The translations under genes and the position numbers were made by a program. The notes under the pieces are model-generated. The model did no database searches. It was given only the letters and a program-made list of their open reading frames with translations, and was not told where the DNA came from. Of a stretch of DNA of 64,000 bases, positions 1 through 8,707 are shown one piece after another (position 1 is the stretch's first letter; each line of letters starts with the position of its first letter). Location of the stretch: contig CAZIYI010000002.1 of assembly GCA_964543485.1 (NCBI GenBank), forward strand, positions 4,192 through 68,191, given 5' to 3'. The DNA comes from an uncultured Candidatus Saccharibacteria bacterium (GTDB taxonomy: Bacteria > Patescibacteriota > Dojkabacteria > SC72).

Positions 1-752
1 TTTCCATCTCCCAATATTCCAGGTACATATGGTTTCCAAGTTGTTCCTTCTTTATGCATTAAGAAACCGAATTGGTCATTAGAGAGAGTTTGTCTAATTT
101 GAGCTTTACTACTATCATTTAAATCAATATATACAGGAGTAAATGAGGGTCTACCGCTTTGATTAAACCATATATACATTGCTTCTATCTCTGCAGATGT
201 AGTATCGGTAAATGTAGCAACCATTCTAATTGGTTCGTTTACACTATCATCTACAGTTGTACTTTTAACACCAGCACCAGTGTAAGTATCTGAGATAAAC
301 CCTAATGTAGTAGGGGTATTTTCAGGATATATTTGTAAAGAACTCAATGGCTGATCACTAGGTATCTCATAACAGGTTCTGTAGTGTTTAATTGGCTTAG
401 AACATCCACCTTTATCGGTACAAGAGTATAGATTTTTTAAGATCCATTTATTCGCAGTACCTGTCGTAGGAAAAGAACATGCAGGAAGTTTACATCTAAT
501 ACATGGATCTGGTTCTGGTTCTTCGGGTTCACCAGGAGCACAAGTAGGACAAGGTATGTAGATACATGGATCCCTAACCGCTGAACAACAAGGGCCACTA
601 CTTCCAACGCAACAACCCGCCAACCAGAAACCAGCTGAAGTACAGCATGATTGAGCATATATTTTCGTATTAGATAAAAAAAAGAGTCCGAAAACAAGAA
701 AAACAATGTTTAAAAAGAAAATCAATTTTACAATATTTTTATTTTTTTTCAT
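1..752 (-). CDS. Cys/Pro-rich secreted protein, 5' complete and 3' partial (runs off left edge); not in the supplied ORF track
   Basis: Manual translation of the minus strand from ATG at 752 is open to position 1 with no stop: MKKNKNIVKLISFLNIVFLVFGLFFLSNTKIYAQSCCTSAGFWLAGCCVGSSGPCCSAVRDPCIYIPCPTCAPGEPEEPEPDPC... Signal peptide plus CC doublets. Its start overlaps the stop of the 739..2448 gene (operon-like coupling). Locally GC-elevated patch at 480-650. Confidence 0.5.
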   Translation of the reverse strand, partial: MKKNKNIVKLIFFLNIVFLVFGLFFLSNTKIYAQSCCTSAGFWLAGCCVGSSGPCCSAVRDPCIYIPCPTCAPGEPEEPEPDPCIRCKLPACSFPTTGTANKWILKNLYSCTDKGGCSKPIKHYRTCYEIPSDQPLSSLQIYPENTPTTLGFISDTYTGAGVKSTTVDDSVNEPIRMVATFTDTTSAEIEAMYIWFNQSGRPSFTPVYIDLNDSSKAQIRQTLSNDQFGFLMHKEGTTWKPYVPGILGDG

Positions 753-2448
753 CTATTTTATTTATTAAGTAGATAAAATAGTAAGAATCTAACATATCTG
801 CGAAAGAAGAAACTGCAATATCATCTTCCCAATTTTGTTCAACTCGCCATACAAAATATCCATATTCATGTAATTTCTCTAAATTATTTTGATTTTTACT
901 TAAAACAGGATCTGCTCTATACAGTTCATAAGTATTTAATTTAGTCGCTACAGAACTTAGATAGTAATGATTGTAGAAAGAATCATACAAAATACTCTTA
1001 GATACATCAGGATATGAATCTAATGTTGCCTCTGCACATACTAATTTTTTAGCAATATTTAAATTACAGTATTCATCTTTTAATATACCGTTACATAATG
1101 AAGAGAAATCAGGTAAGGATGTAAATATTGATTCGATTTTATTTACCAAAGTAGAATCGTTGTATTCCGATTTCATATCCTCAGAAACTTTTAAAAGATG
1201 ACACTTACCCATAACTGTAGGATATGCGTTCTCTAATTTTTCAGAGTTAGAAAGGTAGGAATATATTTCATTCTTAGTATACTTTTGAGCGTTAAGACCC
1301 AAAAGATCTATAAGAGAGTTGTAATATATAATTTCAGAAGGTAAAGAGAGTAGGTAGCTATTCCCACTTCCTAAAGTATCATAACCGTAGTAGTCTTTTA
1401 CTTTCTCCTCATAGGTTAGAAGCTGATAGTCTAGGACATTTTTACAATGGTTGAAAGAAGATGATTTAATCTCATTACATAGCTGTGTAGAACACTCCTT
1501 TAGATTGTTTACCGTGTTATATGCAAACTGACAATCATAGAATGATTGTTTGATATCATCAGTAGAGTAGGAGTTTATAGTTTGCATATATGACATTAAA
1601 TCAATATCTTCATACTCAATATATTTTCTATTTATCATTTCAGAAATTGTATACAGCATTAACTGAATAGTAGAACTATCAGAACTATCAATTTTATCTG
1701 TGATAAATGTAGTACTCATTTTATATGTTCCATCGGGTACAGCTAACTGTGTTGTTCTAAGTTTAAAAGAATCTTTGTTAAAATATCCAAAATCATCTGT
1801 AATGAAATAATTAAACAGACCTCGAACTAGAGAATCTTTATTGATTGAATCATAGTACAACACCTTTTCTTCCAAACTTCTATCAGTTAATTCAACACTC
1901 CATTGTGTTAAATCCCTGCTAATTAAACAGTTTCCACGGCCACAAGATGTATCAATATTAAAAAGATTAGAGTAAGCTTTACTTACAACACAAAAGGAGA
2001 AATCTAAAAAGTATTTTAAATCTCTTTCAACTCTATATGCAAATTTAATCACAAGGGGCTCATTAAATTCTAGTTTAGAAAAATCAAATTCTCCTTTGTT
2101 CTTTTCTAAATCAATTGTAAATCTTGATTCATCTCTACTTTGATAGTAAGTATCAAAGTTAAATGGAACTCCCGTAATAGTATATTCATTATTTATCTCT
2201 GAATACTCTTCCAATATTATCGGAAACTGATACTCAATATATTTCTCATCTCGCTTAGGGAAATCATTTCTAACCTTTTGTGCTAGTTGATTACTATCTA
2301 AATTTATAAACATTGATACATACGGTCTATCACTTCTCATTGATATGAATGAAAATAGCAACCAAGAAATTAGTAATAGCATTAAGAAAGCAAAAACTAT
2401 TGCCCCTAATCTCACAAAAGTCCTTTTCTGTAGTTTATTTTCTTTCAC
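739..2448 (-). CDS. large membrane-anchored protein (N-terminal TM, about 530-aa extracytoplasmic domain), hypothetical; last genes of the type IV pilus operon
   Basis: 569-aa ORF with a single N-terminal hydrophobic helix (AIVFAFLMLLLISWLLFSFI), co-directional with and tightly packed against the receiver and pilin genes. No recognisable catalytic motif. Confidence 0.5.
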   Translation of the reverse strand: MKENKLQKRTFVRLGAIVFAFLMLLLISWLLFSFISMRSDRPYVSMFINLDSNQLAQKVRNDFPKRDEKYIEYQFPIILEEYSEINNEYTITGVPFNFDTYYQSRDESRFTIDLEKNKGEFDFSKLEFNEPLVIKFAYRVERDLKYFLDFSFCVVSKAYSNLFNIDTSCGRGNCLISRDLTQWSVELTDRSLEEKVLYYDSINKDSLVRGLFNYFITDDFGYFNKDSFKLRTTQLAVPDGTYKMSTTFITDKIDSSDSSTIQLMLYTISEMINRKYIEYEDIDLMSYMQTINSYSTDDIKQSFYDCQFAYNTVNNLKECSTQLCNEIKSSSFNHCKNVLDYQLLTYEEKVKDYYGYDTLGSGNSYLLSLPSEIIYYNSLIDLLGLNAQKYTKNEIYSYLSNSEKLENAYPTVMGKCHLLKVSEDMKSEYNDSTLVNKIESIFTSLPDFSSLCNGILKDEYCNLNIAKKLVCAEATLDSYPDVSKSILYDSFYNHYYLSSVATKLNTYELYRADPVLSKNQNNLEKLHEYGYFVWRVEQNWEDDIAVSSFADMLDSYYFIYLINKIDEKK

Positions 2449-2455
2449 TCGTTAC

Positions 2456-2839
2456 CTATCCAAAAAACTTACTTAACTCTTTTACTAATCCCTCATAGTC
2501 CAAATCTGTTTTAACAAGATATGATGTAGCTCCAATATTAAACGCCTCTTTAACTACAGATTCGCTTGTCATATTTGTAAGTATGACAATAGGCATTTTC
2601 CCATACTTGTCTTCATTGTTTTTAACAGTCTTAAGCACTTCTAAACCATCAACTCCAGGCATCATTAAATCTAGTAGAACCAAATCTATTTGATCAACAT
2701 TATTTGCTAAAAGATCAAGAGCTTGATAGCCATCCAAAGCTTTCATTGGAATATATCCTGCTGTCTCTACCAACTCTGCGTAAGAATCTAAAAGAGGTGC
2801 TTCATCTTCAACTATCAGTATTTTTTTTGTATCAGCCAT
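2456..2839 (-). CDS. CheY-like stand-alone response-regulator receiver domain
   Basis: 127 aa: KKILIVEDEAPLL...DLVLLDLMMPGVDGLEVLK...K, with the phospho-acceptor Asp context and a conserved Lys, typical of REC domains. Embedded in the pilus operon (PilH/PilG-like position). Confidence 0.75.
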   Translation of the reverse strand: MADTKKILIVEDEAPLLDSYAELVETAGYIPMKALDGYQALDLLANNVDQIDLVLLDLMMPGVDGLEVLKTVKNNEDKYGKMPIVILTNMTSESVVKEAFNIGATSYLVKTDLDYEGLVKELSKFFG

Positions 2840-2858
2840 TAAGATAAATATTTAAAAA

Positions 2859-3821
2859 TTAATTTGGGTTTAAAGTCCCATTTGAGTTATATATTGTATA
2901 ATCGAATAGGGATGAGTAACCCATGTTATTTACACTTGGGATAACAACCTGTTTTTCTCTAGTATCACCTTTACATGTAACTTTTGCCCTAACTACATAG
3001 TTATTAAAAATATCACCACACTCAGGACTTGGAATAACTGCCACTCCCAACTTCTCTTTCAAGGGAAGTAATCTAAATTCGTAAAGAGAGTTTTGTGCAA
3101 GAGAGTACATATCAAGAGTCATATCATCACCAGAAGCAAAGGACGTAACAATAGATTGAGTTGGAGCAACAGATGGAGTATTACAATCCCCTTCCCCTAA
3201 ACAATACAATTGCATATCCTCGAGCTTATAAGGAATTACATTAACTCCATCCATATATACATATTTAGTAGTGAAAAGATGATCTCCATCACCTCTTGTA
3301 GTTAAGTTTAAATCAACCTTACAACCAATTGGTACTGTTACATTTGATGTATTTAAAGCAACAACATCTCCAACATTGTATTCAATAACGGAAGTTTCAT
3401 CTGCATAAGAGAGTGTAACTTCCAAAGACGAACCCGTTTCTGGTGGTTCACACCAACCAGTTATTGTACCCACCTCATCAAGTATACTAGTATCTATCGC
3501 GAGACTAGTAGATAAAAACGTTTTTAAATCAGCAATACTACTAAATTTCTTCGGATTTTCAGCACTCAAAGTAGAAGACATTAGAGATTGTGTAGAAGGT
3601 AAATCGGCTGATACAAAGACATCTAATATACTATCTGCTTGCTCTAATGCCCGTTGAGACTCTCTAGTATCAACAATCTCTGCTGAATTCCTAATCATTC
3701 TTGAATACAAAGATGCCCCAATTACAGTAGCAACTACAAGAACTATCATAATTATTGCTATTGCCTGTCCTGAGTATTTTCTCATATTATTTATATTACA
3801 AATATAATAAAAATTTATCAA
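2859..3821 (-). CDS. pilin-like protein, non-canonical (probable start at the internal MRKYSG)
   Basis: N-terminus MRKYSGQAIAIIMIVLVVATVIG shares the RKYSG leader of the major pilin but lacks Glu+5. Hydrophobic helix followed by about 280 aa. Sits in the minor-pilin position of the operon. Confidence 0.45.
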   Translation of the reverse strand: MINFYYICNINNMRKYSGQAIAIIMIVLVVATVIGASLYSRMIRNSAEIVDTRESQRALEQADSILDVFVSADLPSTQSLMSSTLSAENPKKFSSIADLKTFLSTSLAIDTSILDEVGTITGWCEPPETGSSLEVTLSYADETSVIEYNVGDVVALNTSNVTVPIGCKVDLNLTTRGDGDHLFTTKYVYMDGVNVIPYKLEDMQLYCLGEGDCNTPSVAPTQSIVTSFASGDDMTLDMYSLAQNSLYEFRLLPLKEKLGVAVIPSPECGDIFNNYVVRAKVTCKGDTREKQVVIPSVNNMGYSSLFDYTIYNSNGTLNPN

Positions 3822-3825
3822 TTTA

Positions 3826-4530
3826 CTAATATCGTGTCAACGCTTCTGTTGATATAACAAGCTGCCTTGAGACATCTCTAGTTACTGGGAAAGCATCTGA
3901 AACAGGCCAGAACAGTGGTGTAACAGTTGAATTTATAATAAACATACTATTCTTATCATCCCCTATATCCACATACTGTATAGTAAAATCTTTAACGTCT
4001 ACTGAAAAAGAATTTAAAATTGTAATAACTGCATTATCATCAAAACAAACAGAGTGATCCGTAAGATTTGGATTAGTTGCCTTAACTAAATATCCATACC
4101 CATTAGCATCTTTAAAATATCCTAAACATGTCCATACTGGGAAACCATAAATTTTTACATGTATTTCATTCCCATTGTATGTACTTGTATCTCCAATAGA
4201 TATTAAATCTTCCTCATAAATATCACCGATATTAGAGATATCCGTAGTCAGTATCATAGGCAAACCAGATTCAACAGAAAATGTCCTCTCTGATGACGAA
4301 TTATAAAGATACACATCATCTAACTGTGCATTAGAAACACTCCTGTTAAATATATCCATCATGTAATTAATATCACTTCGGGCTAAGTTCTTACTATTCG
4401 CAGTATTAGAGGCCTTAATTACTGTGTTTAGAGTAGTTGCAACAAGCATCATTACTACAGAAAGAATCATGATAGTGAGAAGCATTTCTACTAAACTAAA
4501 TCCCATATATTTTAAATATTTCTGTTTCAT
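3826..4530 (-). CDS. minor type IV pilin (class III signal peptide)
   Basis: Leader MKQKYLKYMG|FSLVEMLLTIMILSVV: canonical G|F-S-L-V-E prepilin cleavage/methylation motif with Glu+5. Confidence 0.7.
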   Translation of the reverse strand: MKQKYLKYMGFSLVEMLLTIMILSVVMMLVATTLNTVIKASNTANSKNLARSDINYMMDIFNRSVSNAQLDDVYLYNSSSERTFSVESGLPMILTTDISNIGDIYEEDLISIGDTSTYNGNEIHVKIYGFPVWTCLGYFKDANGYGYLVKATNPNLTDHSVCFDDNAVITILNSFSVDVKDFTIQYVDIGDDKNSMFIINSTVTPLFWPVSDAFPVTRDVSRQLVISTEALTRY

Positions 4531-4535
4531 ATTCT

Positions 4536-5069
4536 TTACTTATTTATAACTGCCAAATATGAATAGTCCCTAACATCACTATCCGTTGTAGCTTGACCAT
4601 CAACTCTTTTAGAACCAACAATAATTTCAACTATTATTTTGTCAACATCATTACTGGATACACAAAATATTCTAAAATAATCACTATCTAAGTCATCAGG
4701 ATTAACCAATCGAGTTTTATAACTATCTCGATTTTTCACTAAATCTTCCTTAGTAGATACAGAATTGATATCTATCTGATCACTATCCTGCGTACTAAAT
4801 CCATAACAAAAAGTAACAGCTAAATCTAAATCACTAAATTGCTTATCTTCTTCTGGCAATGTCGCATCCCTTATCGCAATTTTTTGTAAGTCTACTGCGG
4901 TAGATACCGCGTGTGCTGCTAGCGCATCTTGAATGTCTAACTGGTGTAATTTTTGTAGAGTAGAAGCCGAAATACCCATTAGTACAACACCCACTATACC
5001 GGATACTGATATTGCTATCAGTGCTTCTACAAATCCCAACGCTTTATATTTTTTCTTTAATATTTTCAT
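4536..5069 (-). CDS. pilin-like protein (pseudopilin, Glu at +3)
   Basis: Leader MKILKKKYKALG|FVEALIAISVSGIVGVV: prepilin-like N-terminal helix with a displaced Glu. Confidence 0.55.
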   Translation of the reverse strand: MKILKKKYKALGFVEALIAISVSGIVGVVLMGISASTLQKLHQLDIQDALAAHAVSTAVDLQKIAIRDATLPEEDKQFSDLDLAVTFCYGFSTQDSDQIDINSVSTKEDLVKNRDSYKTRLVNPDDLDSDYFRIFCVSSNDVDKIIVEIIVGSKRVDGQATTDSDVRDYSYLAVINK

Positions 5070-5927
5070 TTATTCTCGATAAGAGTTAATTTCGCCCTTA
5101 ATACCGTATCTTTCATATGCTTCTCCATTTAATTCTATACAGTTTACGCCCCCCTCGACACATCTAGATCTAGGATCTAAACTTGAATATACATGATGAA
5201 TGACTGTACCAGAAACAGGATAAACAGAGATTAAATCAAATTTAGAACTATAATCTCTGTTAAATACAATATCTAATACTTCAACTCGATCCAGAGTATT
5301 ACCAATATAATCACCATTAGTTGCATAATTAAGAAGAGTACCACCGTTATCATAAAGAAATGCTCTTCCGGTAATTGCTTCAAATACTAAATATCTCGCA
5401 TCACTTATTATCTCAATATTATCTACTTCTGTAAGAATATTACTCATAATATCTCCTTGGGTATAAACTAATGAATTCTTACCATCAACACAATTGGTGG
5501 TCGTATTTAGTGGAAGATATCCATTTTGATACAATGGGTCATAATTTTGTGTTATTCGATAACCGACAGGATTATTACTATCCCAACTTAAAATCTTTGA
5601 TTTAGTAATTTCGTTTCCAAAATCTTCAAAAGGAGAGCACCATTTAAAGAAAAGTGATCTGTTATTAGTAGGTTGGGCATATTTTTCGAAATCAATTCCT
5701 ATTCCATATATCCAATTACTATCATCACCTTTTTTGAATAGCATTGCCTTTAACCTAGCACTACGAATATCTTGCTTAATTGTTTCAACCGTCTCTCTGG
5801 CTATCATTGTTTCTCTAGTACTTAAATAGCCACCAAAACCCATTGCTCCAAGGATTATAAAGATTGCAATAACAACTAGAAGCTCTAAAAGAGTATAGGA
5901 TTGAAATCTTTTCATCATACTTTTCAT
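5070..5927 (-). CDS. minor type IV pilin
   Basis: Leader MKSMMKRFQS|YTLLELLVVIAIFIILGAMG: prepilin N-terminal helix with Glu+5 (Ser at -1). Confidence 0.6.
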   Translation of the reverse strand: MKSMMKRFQSYTLLELLVVIAIFIILGAMGFGGYLSTRETMIARETVETIKQDIRSARLKAMLFKKGDDSNWIYGIGIDFEKYAQPTNNRSLFFKWCSPFEDFGNEITKSKILSWDSNNPVGYRITQNYDPLYQNGYLPLNTTTNCVDGKNSLVYTQGDIMSNILTEVDNIEIISDARYLVFEAITGRAFLYDNGGTLLNYATNGDYIGNTLDRVEVLDIVFNRDYSSKFDLISVYPVSGTVIHHVYSSLDPRSRCVEGGVNCIELNGEAYERYGIKGEINSYRE

Positions 5928-6007
5928 GGACAGTTTTTAATAAGTATAGATATATATAATTTAACAAATATTTGTGAACTACTCAATAGATTTGAAAAGT
6001 GAAGTCT

Positions 6008-6778
6008 CTATCCTAGCAAGAATATTCTGTTTAGAATATCTGTAACTGGCTGATTAAATAGAAATAGTAGTACTAAAGAGCCGTACATAAAGGGGAGTAG
6101 GGGTATCTGGGATTTAAGTGAGGCATTTTTAAGTATGATATTTACAATTGAAAAAAGGGAAGTAGATATTAGAAATATATATATAAATCCTGTATATAAA
6201 GTAATATCTAAAAAGATACTCAACCCTATTAGTACTAAAATATCACCTATACCGAATGGTTTTTTCATAATTTTCCCTATGGCAAGTATAGAAATACAGA
6301 GTATCAATCCAATGATAAGGGCTGTTTGTGGTATAGAATTTTCAATTAGTAAAGTAACAAAGAAAAAAACAACAGAACATACCAAGAAGGTATGTACTAA
6401 TATTTGAGGTATTCCTTTATATATCCTATCAAAGTACGAAAATGAGAAAAAAAATATCAATACTATATATAAAATATATGGTAAGGAGAAAAAATATATA
6501 CTACTAAAACCAATACCAAGAAGTATTTCAGATATTGGGTAATATATTGGTACTTTATATCCACATTTTGAACATTTACCTTTAAATATTATAAACGATA
6601 TGACAGGTATTAACTCATATGAAGTTAAATACTTTCCACACTTCTCACAGTGAGAGCCCTTAATAAAGATATCTGGATATTTATATCCGTTATCTATTCT
6701 GTATAGTAGGGCGTTAAAAAAACTGGCTAATACTAAGCCAAGTATAAATGTTAAAAATGTAAAATATATATGCATCAC
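6008..6778 (-). CDS. pilD: prepilin peptidase (A24 family, PilD)
   Basis: Polytopic membrane protein with a tetracysteine zinc-binding motif, CEKCGKYLTSYELIPVISFIIFKGKCSKCG, followed by multiple TM helices. Lies between the major and minor pilin genes. Confidence 0.75.
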   Translation of the reverse strand: MMHIYFTFLTFILGLVLASFFNALLYRIDNGYKYPDIFIKGSHCEKCGKYLTSYELIPVISFIIFKGKCSKCGYKVPIYYPISEILLGIGFSSIYFFSLPYILYIVLIFFFSFSYFDRIYKGIPQILVHTFLVCSVVFFFVTLLIENSIPQTALIIGLILCISILAIGKIMKKPFGIGDILVLIGLSIFLDITLYTGFIYIFLISTSLFSIVNIILKNASLKSQIPLLPFMYGSLVLLFLFNQPVTDILNRIFLLG

Positions 6779-6794
6779 ATATTATACATATCTA

Positions 6795-6828
6795 TTATAA
6801 AAGAGAAACCCCCTCAGAGGAGGGGGTT
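6795..6828 (-). terminator. rho-independent terminator after the major pilin gene
   Basis: Perfect 9-bp GC-rich hairpin AACCCCCTC-AGAG-GAGGGGGTT (6807..6828) followed on the minus strand by UCUCUUUUUAUAA. Located directly downstream of the pilin stop at 6855. Confidence 0.6.
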
Positions 6829-6854
6829 ATTTTCATAAATAAGATTGTCAATTT

Positions 6855-7427
6855 TTAATTCGTATATGTTCCAGTATTGTTACCAAAATCATTAGTTTCG
6901 TTACTCCAATCTTGAATTGACATCCATGTAGTAGCAGTACTCGTACCTGGGAAACCATCTGTAGGAACATCAGCATCAATGTCTTTAGAATCAATACCTG
7001 CAGCTGAAGGAACTGTTGCGTTGATACCATTTCCTGTACAATAGTAACCTCTTTCATCTTGATCTCTTACCCCTCCAAGAGACACACAAACTACTGCTGA
7101 TTTAGTATCTGTCCAATAGTAAAATGTTGTATCTGTTCCACCTTCAAATTCCCCAGCAGAAAGGTATTCCTCTAAACAGGGGTCTCCACAAGCGACATCA
7201 TTTGCTAAAGCTGAATCCCAATCAGTAACTTCCGGATACTCTCTAAAATCGGTCATATGTGCTTGAGCTGCAACAAATAATTTGTCAGCTGCATCTTGAT
7301 GTGCAACATCGTTTGCCCTATTGATTGCAAACCTACCTGCAGTAATACCTACCGCCATAAGTATAATGATTATACCCATTACGATAAGCATTTCTACTAG
7401 CGTAAAACCTGAATATTTTCTATTCAT
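6855..7427 (-). CDS. pilA: major type IV pilin
   Basis: Leader MNRKYSG|FTLVEMLIVMGIIIILMAVG (G|FTLVE with Glu+5). 190 aa with C-terminal Cys residues. Followed by a strong terminator. Confidence 0.7.
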   Translation of the reverse strand: MNRKYSGFTLVEMLIVMGIIIILMAVGITAGRFAINRANDVAHQDAADKLFVAAQAHMTDFREYPEVTDWDSALANDVACGDPCLEEYLSAGEFEGGTDTTFYYWTDTKSAVVCVSLGGVRDQDERGYYCTGNGINATVPSAAGIDSKDIDADVPTDGFPGTSTATTWMSIQDWSNETNDFGNNTGTYTN

Positions 7428-7464
7428 AGTATTTAATAAAAATATAATAATTTATATATATAAG

Positions 7465-8706
7465 TTATACGAATAAATTCATAAAGTCAACAACCATACC
7501 CATTACCTCTGACAGTTGGAACATAGGCATATATATACCTAAAGATATGAAAGCAATTGCCAAACCCATCAATATTAAAAATACCGGTTCCAATATTGTA
7601 GACATATTTTCAGTAGCAACATCTACCTCATCTTTGTAATACTCTGCAACCTTTGCTAGAACATTATCTAACTCTCCAGTCTCTTCCCCAACCGCTATCA
7701 TACTACTTACAATTAAAGGGTAGTACTCACTTCTTGCAATTGGTAGAGCCAAAGAACCACCTTTTTCAACCTCTCTTTTTGCTTCTAAAACAACTTCTTT
7801 AAACATCCTGTTACTTAATGAAAGGGCAGTTAAATCTAAGGCCTTAATTATTGACAACCCACTACTAAGAAGTAACCCTAACAATCGAGTGAATTGAGCT
7901 ATTTGCATCTTAGTAATGATGATACCAACAATAGGCATTTTAACTAATAATCTGTCCTTAGTTCGTGCACCCCTAGGAGTATCAACCCATACCTTAAAAC
8001 CAATTACCATACCTAAAATAACAATTATTAGAGCCCACCAATACCCAACAAAGAAATTACTCATATCCATTAAAAACTGTGTTATCCATGGTAACTCAGC
8101 ATCAAACTCAGAATATATGTCACTCATAGAAGGTACTAAAACAAACATCATTAAAAGCATTACTCCTACAATAACAACTAATAGAATCATAGGGTAGGTA
8201 AGTGCCCCTTTTAGTTTTGCCTTCAATTTTTTACTCTCCTCTAACTCAACGGCCAATTTATCCAAAATCTCGTCTAAATTACCACTAGCTTCACCTGCCT
8301 CAATAAGATTGATAGCAACATCATCGAATACTTCATCAGCTTGCCTAAATGATTCTGCTAAACTTTTACCAGACTCTAGAGATATTCTTACCTGAGATAC
8401 TATCCTTCTAAAGGCAGCATTTGAAACCTGTTGTTCCATTACTTGTAAGCCCCTACTTAAAGGTAAACCAGCACCAACCATAGTAGCAAGCTGTCTCATA
8501 AATATTACTTTCTCTTTCATAGGAATACCTCCTATGTTTATCTGTCCAAGCTCTTCCCAATCTATTGTGGCTTGCTCTTTTATACTTACTACAACCAACC
8601 CCTTATCTTGGAGAATTTCAGCCAATGCTTCTGCATCTCTTGCCTCAAGTTTGCCACTTATTTCTTTCCCTTTATTATCTCTTGCTGAGTAATTAAATTT
8701 TGCCAT
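7465..8706 (-). CDS. pilC: type IV pilus platform protein PilC (GspF family)
   Basis: 413 aa with two GspF-like repeats and three TM segments. Gene order pilB-pilT-pilC. Confidence 0.8.
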   Translation of the reverse strand: MAKFNYSARDNKGKEISGKLEARDAEALAEILQDKGLVVVSIKEQATIDWEELGQINIGGIPMKEKVIFMRQLATMVGAGLPLSRGLQVMEQQVSNAAFRRIVSQVRISLESGKSLAESFRQADEVFDDVAINLIEAGEASGNLDEILDKLAVELEESKKLKAKLKGALTYPMILLVVIVGVMLLMMFVLVPSMSDIYSEFDAELPWITQFLMDMSNFFVGYWWALIIVILGMVIGFKVWVDTPRGARTKDRLLVKMPIVGIIITKMQIAQFTRLLGLLLSSGLSIIKALDLTALSLSNRMFKEVVLEAKREVEKGGSLALPIARSEYYPLIVSSMIAVGEETGELDNVLAKVAEYYKDEVDVATENMSTILEPVFLILMGLAIAFISLGIYMPMFQLSEVMGMVVDFMNLFV

Positions 8707-8707
8707 A

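Noticed and set aside
437-706. ORF-track entry (89 aa, minus strand)
   Set aside because: Lies entirely inside, and in a different frame from, the longer Cys-rich secreted-protein ORF (1..752, -) that has operon-consistent coupling. The sequence is low-complexity and hydrophobic. Judged an artefact.
6135-6407. Small plus-strand ORF (and similar 60-130-aa ORFs, e.g. 7916..8197, 10958..11257, 35041..35427, 62357..62896) inside long, well-supported genes
   Set aside because: Antisense overlaps of confidently assigned genes (pilD, pilC, pilB, recombinase, AMP phosphorylase). AT-rich genomes produce many such open frames by chance.
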